From Candidatus Poribacteria bacterium (GTDB taxonomy: Bacteria; Poribacteria; WGA-4E; UBA9662): a DNA stretch of 32,700 nt. Location: assembly GCA_046582655.1 (NCBI GenBank), contig JAYGDX010000358.1, forward strand, positions 1 through 32,700, in the 5' to 3' direction. Below, piece after piece: positions 19,273 to 26,993 of the stretch. A program made the translations under genes and the position numbers. The first letter of the stretch is position 1; each line of letters begins with the position of its first letter. The notes beneath the pieces were generated by a model that was given only the letters and a program-made list of their open reading frames with translations, made no database searches and was not told the DNA's origin.

Positions 19273-20407
19273 GAAAACCAGCATGATATCCCACAAGAAA
19301 CCGAAAAGATCTGGTCAGGCACTAATAATATCGATGACCCTGCACCTGATTTTCGGTCTTTGTATTTTCTACATAGCACAGAAGAACAAAGTTTTTGAAA
19401 GAGAAGATTCGATCAGTGTATCATTTGTGGTTCCACCCAAAATCGAAATGAAAAAACGGATCCGTGAAATTCCCAGAATTATTACGCCAACCATGTCGAA
19501 AACCGCACACCAAGTATCCAATACGGTTGCAATACGGCTCACACGAAGCGCATCCGATCAAATCGCTGAAGTGAGAATCGAAAGCCCAGAGATTGTCCGT
19601 GAAAGTGTGGAAATCACATCAACTGCCCCTTTAAGTAGATCTCTGCCCAAGGCGATAACAGCAATCAAGCTGAAATCTAATGAGCAGGCATCGATTGATC
19701 TACCAGTTGTCACACCAACAGTCGTTGCCTCTGGTATAGGTATCCTATCAACGCGGGTTCGGGCGAAAAGTGAAGGCGGCAGTGGGCTGGCAGACGGATT
19801 GGCAGATGTAGGGACAACCGCGCCAAGACAGTTAGTGATAGACTCGACGGGGGATCATAGCGGACAGGATGCCTTCGGGATTGGTAGTTACGTTGAGAAA
19901 ACTCGGGATGGCAGACCTCAAGAGGTAATGTACCTTCTTGATGTTTCATCCAGTATGAACAAACAGAACAAGTTGCAACTTGCTGTCTCAGCTTTAAAAG
20001 ACGCGGTTAAAATGCTGAAGCCAGCCGATCAATTCAACCTGATTACCTTTGACGCAAATATCCACCTTTACTCAAAAAGCTTGTTAACCGCAACTCTAGA
20101 GAACGTTAGCACTGCCTGCCGATTCTTGAATCAGTTACAAAACGGTTCCGGCACAAATCTATCCACTGCCATTGAGGATGGGCTAAAACTAACACCTTCG
20201 ACCCTAGTGGTTGTGTCTGACGGTGATCCAAGTCGTGGAATACAAGATCCGGATCAGATTTGCCGAATGGTTCGTCGCTGGAACATATCTCAAACCAGAA
20301 TTATGACCATTGCACTCGGCAGTGATCATTCTGATGGCGGCGTTAGGTTATTACAACAGTTAGCTAGTGATCATAATGGTCAAATGTTATTTATTAGCCT
20401 CAAGTGA
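19265..20407 (+). CDS. VWA domain protein with an N-terminal TonB-like membrane anchor and an extended linker
   Basis: TM segment 'ALIISMTLHLIFGLCIF' (S-x3-H); MIDAS elements DVSSS, 'GTNL' and 'VSDG'. Start is uncertain: TTG 19265 overlapping the upstream stop, or ATG 19283. Confidence 0.85.
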   Translation: MNEKTSMISHKKPKRSGQALIISMTLHLIFGLCIFYIAQKNKVFEREDSISVSFVVPPKIEMKKRIREIPRIITPTMSKTAHQVSNTVAIRLTRSASDQIAEVRIESPEIVRESVEITSTAPLSRSLPKAITAIKLKSNEQASIDLPVVTPTVVASGIGILSTRVRAKSEGGSGLADGLADVGTTAPRQLVIDSTGDHSGQDAFGIGSYVEKTRDGRPQEVMYLLDVSSSMNKQNKLQLAVSALKDAVKMLKPADQFNLITFDANIHLYSKSLLTATLENVSTACRFLNQLQNGSGTNLSTAIEDGLKLTPSTLVVVSDGDPSRGIQDPDQICRMVRRWNISQTRIMTIALGSDHSDGGVRLLQQLASDHNGQMLFISLK

Positions 20408-20420
20408 ACGGGAGAGTTCA

Positions 20421-21122
20421 TTAGTAAAAATTGGCTTTGATCCCGCGCGGTTGAACAGGAAGTCCTGCCTGGTAAAGATGGGAAATGTCTGCTAACCCGA
20501 TGCATCGTGGAACAGCCCATTGATTGGTCCGCTCATCGAACAGAATAGTGGTGACGGAACTCGGTGCCAGAACAAAGCTTGACCACATAATTGGGATCGG
20601 AATTTCCAGCAGGTGCGCAATCCAAGTTAATCCAAAGCCGCCATGACAGAAAATAGCGATCTGTTCGCGGTTCGGTTCTATAATCCGGTATCGCCGTTGA
20701 TCACGAACATAACCATGGCGGGCTAGGAACTCATCAGATTTCTGTTCGAGTGACTTGAAATACTCTTGAAAAATAGGAGAATCAAACGGCTTTTTATGAT
20801 ACCAGTTATGGTAAGTTGTGGGCGGAATTTCGCCACGAATGATTTCGCCATCAAGATCCCACGCACACACCTCTCCTACAGATTCGTCTTGCAACAACAA
20901 ACCAGTTTCTTGCGTCCATTCCTCTACCTGATAATCTATATTGAGTGCATCGGCGGTGTACTGCGTAGTATGAATCGCACGTCCCAGCGGAGACGAATAT
21001 ATCCGATCTAGACCGTGAGAAGCTAGACGTTTAGCCAGGGATTGGGCTTCGAGATGCCCTTTTTCAGTGATTGTTCGATTGGGATAGTCAGGATCCGCAT
21101 GACGGATAATGTAAAGTCGCAT
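20421..21122 (-). CDS. Histidine phosphatase (phosphoglycerate mutase) family protein
   Basis: 'LYIIRHA', 'IYSSPLGRAIHT' and 'FCHGG'; SD AGGAG upstream. Confidence 0.92.
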   Translation of the reverse strand: MRLYIIRHADPDYPNRTITEKGHLEAQSLAKRLASHGLDRIYSSPLGRAIHTTQYTADALNIDYQVEEWTQETGLLLQDESVGEVCAWDLDGEIIRGEIPPTTYHNWYHKKPFDSPIFQEYFKSLEQKSDEFLARHGYVRDQRRYRIIEPNREQIAIFCHGGFGLTWIAHLLEIPIPIMWSSFVLAPSSVTTILFDERTNQWAVPRCIGLADISHLYQAGLPVQPRGIKANFY

Positions 21123-21137
21123 TCGTACTCCTAGATT

Positions 21138-21386
21138 TTATTTTGACCAAAAATCGCGATCTAGATCTCGATATTGAATCGCCTCTGAGACATGGCTGAG
21201 CTGAATCTGGTCGTTTTCATCCAAAGCAGTGATTGTGCGTGAAACCTTTAGTATACGGTCATAGGCGCGGGCACTCATTCCCAGTCTCTTAATAGCAACT
21301 TCTAACAGTTTCTGAGAATCGACTTCCACCTGTACAACGTAAGTATCAACACCGATGAAAGCACTACTCAAAATAGTAGTGAGCAC
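21138..21386 (-). pseudogene. comM: Internally deleted comM/yifB (Mg-chelatase-like AAA+ helicase) remnant, still an open 82-aa frame
   Basis: Residues 1-23 (MLTTILSSAFIGVDTYVVQVEVD) match the ComM N-terminus. Residues 24-82 ('LLEVAIKRLGMSARAYDRILKVSRTI...HVSEAIQYR') match its C-terminal domain. The AAA+ core is absent. Confidence 0.85.
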
Positions 21387-21401
21387 TGTATTCTTTCCAA
21401 T

Positions 21402-23198
21402 TTATCTTTCCTGATCTTTGTACTGCAGTTGATAAAGTCGATAGTACAAGCCGCGTTTCTGCAAAAGTTGATTGTGGGATCCTATCTCGTGCAACTGCCC
21501 ACGATGCATAACAAGAATCTTATCAACATTTTGAATTGTTGATAACCGGTGAGCAATAGCAATAAATGTCCGATTTGACATCAACCGGCTCAGCGCACCC
21601 TGAATCAGATGCTCTGTTTCGGTGTCAACGCTAGACGTTGCTTCATCAAGTATCAAGATATCCGGGTTAAATGCTAAGGCGCGGGCAAAGGCAACAAGTT
21701 GTTTTTGTCCCACGGACAATCCGCTTCCCCCCTCCTTGACTTCACTATCATAACCACTCGGCATATTTTGTACAAAGGGATCAAGATATACTTCCTTGGC
21801 AGCTGCAACAATCTGATCAGGCTGAATTGTCGTATTTGATAAATTAATGTTGCTCCCAATTGTTCCAGTAAAGAGAAAAATATCCTGCTGGACGATACCG
21901 ATTCTTTTTCTCAGATTATCAAGCTTCATTTGCCGGATGTCCAGGCCATCAATTAGGATCTGCCCTTCTTCAATTTCATAAAACCGACAAAGCAGATTAA
22001 TCAACGTTGTCTTCCCTGACCCGGTTGCACCGACGATTGCAACCTTTTCGCCCGGTTCAATCCTGAATGAAACGTTATTCAAAACGTAATCATCGTCTTT
22101 ATAAGCAAAGGATACGTTTTGAAATTCGATGCTGCTATTCATAGTTTGTAGTTGCTTAGGGTGAGCTGGATCCACAATGTGTGGTTGGGTGTCAAGAAGA
22201 TCGAAAACTCGTTCCGATGAAGCCATTGCTCTCTGAAAAATAGTGTACTTTTCACTTAGTTCACGGATTGGCCAGAAAAGTCGCTGTGTATATTGGAGGA
22301 ACGCGACCAAAGCCCCAAAACTCAGGTTGTTCTGGATAATTTGTCCACCACCATACCAGATAATAACTGCCGTTGCCAATGACCCTGTAATTTCGATCAT
22401 GGGGAAAAATACCGAGAAATAGAAAACAGATCTGATACTGGAGTCAAGATATTTTTGGTTATGCTCTCCAAATTTTTCAAAACTGCGATATTCTCGGGTG
22501 AAAAGCTGCATTGTTGTCATCCCGACGATACTTTCTTGCAGAAAGGCGTTAATCTGAGCCCGGAATTTTCGTTGATCCCGAAACGCACGTCGAGAATAGA
22601 TCTGATAAACAGTTGTCATAACTAGTATGATAGGCAATACAATGAACGTGACAAGAGCAAGCTGCCAATTAATCCATAGCATCATGAACATGATGCCACC
22701 AATGGATAGCAAATTTGCCACAATTGTAATAATCCCATAGGTATATAGCTCATTTAGCGCTGAAACGTCTCCCATTACCCGTGTCATCAGCCGACCAACC
22801 GGGTTTTGATCGAAGAAGTTCATGTCAACTCGCTGCAGGTGGGTAAAAATCTGCATTCTAAAATCATGCATAATCCGCTGCCCTAGCATCTCAAGTCGGT
22901 AAGTCTCTAAGTAGCTAAATAAAAACTCGACAGCTAGGAGAAAAAGCAGATAAAATGCAATTACCCGAAATCCTTCAAGCTGCTTGGGCACGATGTAATC
23001 ATCAATAGCGATTTTAGTTAAGTATGGACTGGCAAGGCGTGTTACGGTACTGATAAATGTCAACAAGACAATCAATGTGACTTCAAAAGCATACGGTCTT
23101 AGGTATGAAATCAGCCGTCGCATCAGAACGCTATCGTAAATCTTGCCTAAATCTTCTTCTTCCTCGCTATATTCGTGTAAACTGCTACCGCCAAACAT
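21402..23198 (-). CDS. ABC exporter, fused TMD-NBD subunit (MdlB/YheH-like)
   Basis: N-terminal TMD, Walker A GATGSGKT, signature LSVGQ, Walker B LILDE and H-loop IAHR. Confidence 0.93.
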   Translation of the reverse strand: MFGGSSLHEYSEEEEDLGKIYDSVLMRRLISYLRPYAFEVTLIVLLTFISTVTRLASPYLTKIAIDDYIVPKQLEGFRVIAFYLLFLLAVEFLFSYLETYRLEMLGQRIMHDFRMQIFTHLQRVDMNFFDQNPVGRLMTRVMGDVSALNELYTYGIITIVANLLSIGGIMFMMLWINWQLALVTFIVLPIILVMTTVYQIYSRRAFRDQRKFRAQINAFLQESIVGMTTMQLFTREYRSFEKFGEHNQKYLDSSIRSVFYFSVFFPMIEITGSLATAVIIWYGGGQIIQNNLSFGALVAFLQYTQRLFWPIRELSEKYTIFQRAMASSERVFDLLDTQPHIVDPAHPKQLQTMNSSIEFQNVSFAYKDDDYVLNNVSFRIEPGEKVAIVGATGSGKTTLINLLCRFYEIEEGQILIDGLDIRQMKLDNLRKRIGIVQQDIFLFTGTIGSNINLSNTTIQPDQIVAAAKEVYLDPFVQNMPSGYDSEVKEGGSGLSVGQKQLVAFARALAFNPDILILDEATSSVDTETEHLIQGALSRLMSNRTFIAIAHRLSTIQNVDKILVMHRGQLHEIGSHNQLLQKRGLYYRLYQLQYKDQER

Positions 23199-23213
23199 GA
23201 ACTGGACAACCTT

Positions 23214-24956
23214 TCAAAGTGACTCGATTTCTTCTTTTAACAATTGTTTTTGGTGAGTGTTCGCGTAGATACCGTTTTGAGAAACAAGATCCTGATGAGT
23301 TCCTGTCTCAACAATTCTGCCGTCATGGAGGACGACAATCTGATCTGCTGCTTTGACAGTTGAGATTCGATGAGAAATCAAGATTGTCGTACAATTGGAT
23401 CCTACCTGTTTCAAGCGGTCCAAGATAGTATCTTCAGTATGCGTGTCAACGTTGGCAAAAGCATCGTCCAAAATCAGAATTTTTGGAGGCGTCATAATTG
23501 CGCGCGCAATAGCCGTCCGCTGCTTCTGCCCACCCGACAGGGTCTTACCACGTTCTCCAACATGTGTGTCAAATTGATTTGGGAACTCATCAATTTGCGA
23601 CAGCAGATCCGCATTGTGAGCAGCCACCCTAATTTTGGTTTCCGTTGCAGAGTCAGCACCGTAGGCGATATTGTTCTTTAGCAGATCGGAGAACAAAAAC
23701 GATTCCTGTTGTACCATGCTGATATTGGTTCGAAGCGTCTTGAGTGGGATATCCCGAATATCAGTACCGTCAATAAAAACTGAACCACGTTCAGGTTGAT
23801 AGATCCGAGGAATCAAGTCGACCAGAGTCGTTTTGCCAGCCCCCGTTGCCCCAACAATAGCTACAGTTGATCCCGGCTCAATTTTGAAATTAATATCTTT
23901 TAGTACCGGTGATGAATCAAAATAAGCAAAAGTGAGATGACGAAACTCGATTTCACCATCAAGTTCTGTGATCTTCTCGTCAACCCCCTCTTCATCACAG
24001 ATCTCCGGTTTTTGGTTCAAGATAAGGTTAATTCGGTCAATTGAAGCCGTTCCCTGTGCAAACCGGTTAACAATAAAGCCCAGCATAATCACTGGACGAA
24101 TGAGCATGGTCAAATAGGCGTTGAAAGCCACGAAGTCACCCAACATGATCTTTCCTTGAATAACGTGTAATCCGCCGAGCCATAGAAGAACGATTGCCCC
24201 AAGCCCCGGTAGAAGACGAAAGATGGGAAAGAAAATAGCTTCTAGCCCGATAAAGACACGGTTCAGGTTGACAAAATTCAGATTTTGCCGATCAAATTCC
24301 TCGATCTCACTCTGTTCCCGCGTATAAGCTCTGACCACACGCACGCCAGAGAGATTTTCCTGAACTTTGGTATTCATTTTTGAAAATCCCTCCTGAATCC
24401 GTTCAAAATTATCGTGCAGACTTTTACTGATAAATTGAACCAATATGGCTAGAATCGGATAGGGAATCAACGCTAACATGGTGAGTGTAATATCAATCCT
24501 CAACATAATAGCCAAAGCAAAGCCAAAGAACACGGTGGCATCTGCAATATAAATGATAGCAAATCCTAGCAATCTATGGACGGCATCTAAATCGTTGGTC
24601 GCACGCGACATCAGATCGCCGGTATCCACTTGGTCAAAGTACGATTTCTGCATCTTCTGCAAATGCTGGAAAAAGTCGCCCCGAAGTTCGTACTCAATAC
24701 GACGAGCAACATTACCAATTAGACTACGTTGACCAAAACGAAACAACCCGCCTACCAAAGCAACACCGAGGGTTAGCAGAGCATAAAGTAAGATCTTTTC
24801 ACGTGTTATTTGGTCTCGCTTCTGATTAAGGTCATCAACCATGTACTTCAGAATCATAGGACCGATAAGCATCATACTGTTCGATAGAAGAACTAGAGTA
24901 AAACTTATGCCGATAGCCAATCGATGCCGAACAGCATATTTTTTCAAGGTTAACAA
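23214..24956 (-). CDS. ABC exporter, fused TMD-NBD subunit (MdlA/YheI-like)
   Basis: 'TGDLMSRATND', Walker A GATGAGKT, LSGGQ, degenerate Walker B LILDD and ISHR. The start may be at 24965 (see findings). Confidence 0.93.
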   Translation of the reverse strand: MLTLKKYAVRHRLAIGISFTLVLLSNSMMLIGPMILKYMVDDLNQKRDQITREKILLYALLTLGVALVGGLFRFGQRSLIGNVARRIEYELRGDFFQHLQKMQKSYFDQVDTGDLMSRATNDLDAVHRLLGFAIIYIADATVFFGFALAIMLRIDITLTMLALIPYPILAILVQFISKSLHDNFERIQEGFSKMNTKVQENLSGVRVVRAYTREQSEIEEFDRQNLNFVNLNRVFIGLEAIFFPIFRLLPGLGAIVLLWLGGLHVIQGKIMLGDFVAFNAYLTMLIRPVIMLGFIVNRFAQGTASIDRINLILNQKPEICDEEGVDEKITELDGEIEFRHLTFAYFDSSPVLKDINFKIEPGSTVAIVGATGAGKTTLVDLIPRIYQPERGSVFIDGTDIRDIPLKTLRTNISMVQQESFLFSDLLKNNIAYGADSATETKIRVAAHNADLLSQIDEFPNQFDTHVGERGKTLSGGQKQRTAIARAIMTPPKILILDDAFANVDTHTEDTILDRLKQVGSNCTTILISHRISTVKAADQIVVLHDGRIVETGTHQDLVSQNGIYANTHQKQLLKEEIESL

Positions 24957-25194
24957 ACTATGAATGTGGACTACCCTCCAAACGCCAGAATAATTTAATC
25001 AAACCTAAGTCAATCAAACACTCTATAACAGTAAATTATAATTTAAACTAAATCTCAAACACATAAAAATAATTAAGTTTCTTAGATCTAAAACCAGAAA
25101 TCTGCTAGAATTTAGGTCCGGAATTCAGAAACGCATCGTTCAAGATTAACTCTTAAACAACATTAAAACAAAGTAAGGAAATGCGAAGTATACT

Positions 25195-26988
25195 ATGGAA
25201 ATGATACAAAATCGATTTATTTCAACTTTTATCTCTGTTTCGCTGACTGTGTTATTAACGATTAGAATTTTTGCTCAGGATATGCCGGACCTACCCAAAA
25301 ATCAGTTTGTAGAAATCTCAATTTCCGGAGCTTTGTCAGAAGTAAAACCAACCTTTACATTTGGGACAGTCCAGACGATGGCTATAAATAACATCCTCAA
25401 AAATATCGATAAAATCAAGGCGGATAAGCAGATCATCGGTGTAATAGTCAGGATTGGCGGTATTAATACAGGGTGGGGAAAACTGCAGGAAATTCGTGAT
25501 CGGTTGATTAATCTACGTCAAAGCGGGAAAACGGTGATTAGCTACCTTGAGAGCGCAAATAATGCTGAATATTTGCTGGCTACTGCTGCCGAGCAGATCA
25601 TTCTGGCACCAACCGGGATAGTTGGTCTCACTGGATTGCGTGCCGAAGTGATGTTCTACAAGGGCATGCTAGACAAACTCGAAATTGAAGCTGATATGTT
25701 TGCTATAGGCGACTACAAATCCGCTATCGAACCATACACGCGTGAGAATATGTCAGAGGCACAACGAGAGACAATGACGTCGATTCTTGATGACTTGCAC
25801 CAGCAACAAGTTACTATGATTGCTTCCGGACGAAAGCATATAAATACCAAACGTGCTATTGAATTAATTAACCAGGGTCCCTTTACAGCAACTGAATCGT
25901 ACGAAGTTGGACTGGTCGATTCGCTGAGCTACTATGACCAGTTAATCGCTTCCTTGGAAGCCAGTCACGATCGTGAAATCGAGTTTGTTTTCAACTATGG
26001 TAAAAAGGCTGGACGCCAACCAGATTTGGGCACCTTCGCCGGATTAATGAAACTTATTTCCATGTTTACCAATCCTACGACACAATCCAAGGAGAGCACC
26101 AACCCCAAAATTGCTCTGATCTACGCCGTTGGACCGATTATGCCCAATCAACTCCAAATTCCATTTGGGATAGGCGAAGGGATCACTCCCCAGAGAATGC
26201 TTGAAGCACTACACACTGCACGTGAAGATGAATCGGTGCGGGCGATAGTAATCAGAGTCGACAGCCCCGGCGGTTCGGCGTTGGCATCTGACCTGATATG
26301 GCATGAAGTTGACCGAACACGGGAGAAGAAACCGATAATTGTTTCTATGTCTGATGTGGCGGCTTCTGGCGGTTATTATATTTCAGTGGCAGCAACTGAA
26401 ATCGTGGCTCAACCTGGAACAATTACCGGATCAATCGGTGTGCTAGGCGGCAAACTGAACTTGAGAGGGCTTTACAACAAAGTTGGTTTAACCAAAGACA
26501 TCATCATCCGGGGGAAAAATGCTAATATCTACTCTGATTATAGCAATTTTTCCCAGTCCGAACGTGAGAAAGTAGAAAAGATGATACACACAGTTTATGA
26601 TGATTTTGTTAATAAAGTAGCAAAGGGTCGAAAAAAGACATATGACGAAATTCATCAAATCGCACAAGGCCGCGTCTGGACTGGTCAACAAGCTAAGGAA
26701 ATTGGGTTGATTGATTGGTTGGGAGGACTGGATACGGCATTGGCCATCGCCAAGAAATGGGCTGCGCTCTCAGCCGAAGATCCAGTCGAAATAATTACCT
26801 TACCCAAGCCAAAACCCCTATTAGAAATATTGATGGAAGACTTTGAGGCTAACCTACAGATACTGCTTAATCGTCACATTTCAGTACCATACTCACTAGC
26901 CAAATCAATACCGAATTTTCATCTAATTCAATTGTTAGCCCACGAGCCAATAGCAACAATTATTCCATTCGGCATCGAAATTCGATAG
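25195..26988 (+). CDS. sppA: Signal peptide peptidase SppA (protease IV), 67K two-domain type
   Basis: 'GDYKSA.EP', 'RVDSPGGS', catalytic 'AASGGYY', 'TGSIGV' and 'AQGRVWTG'; tandem S49 domains. Confidence 0.95.
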   Translation: MEMIQNRFISTFISVSLTVLLTIRIFAQDMPDLPKNQFVEISISGALSEVKPTFTFGTVQTMAINNILKNIDKIKADKQIIGVIVRIGGINTGWGKLQEIRDRLINLRQSGKTVISYLESANNAEYLLATAAEQIILAPTGIVGLTGLRAEVMFYKGMLDKLEIEADMFAIGDYKSAIEPYTRENMSEAQRETMTSILDDLHQQQVTMIASGRKHINTKRAIELINQGPFTATESYEVGLVDSLSYYDQLIASLEASHDREIEFVFNYGKKAGRQPDLGTFAGLMKLISMFTNPTTQSKESTNPKIALIYAVGPIMPNQLQIPFGIGEGITPQRMLEALHTAREDESVRAIVIRVDSPGGSALASDLIWHEVDRTREKKPIIVSMSDVAASGGYYISVAATEIVAQPGTITGSIGVLGGKLNLRGLYNKVGLTKDIIIRGKNANIYSDYSNFSQSEREKVEKMIHTVYDDFVNKVAKGRKKTYDEIHQIAQGRVWTGQQAKEIGLIDWLGGLDTALAIAKKWAALSAEDPVEIITLPKPKPLLEILMEDFEANLQILLNRHISVPYSLAKSIPNFHLIQLLAHEPIATIIPFGIEIR

Positions 26989-26993
26989 CATTC

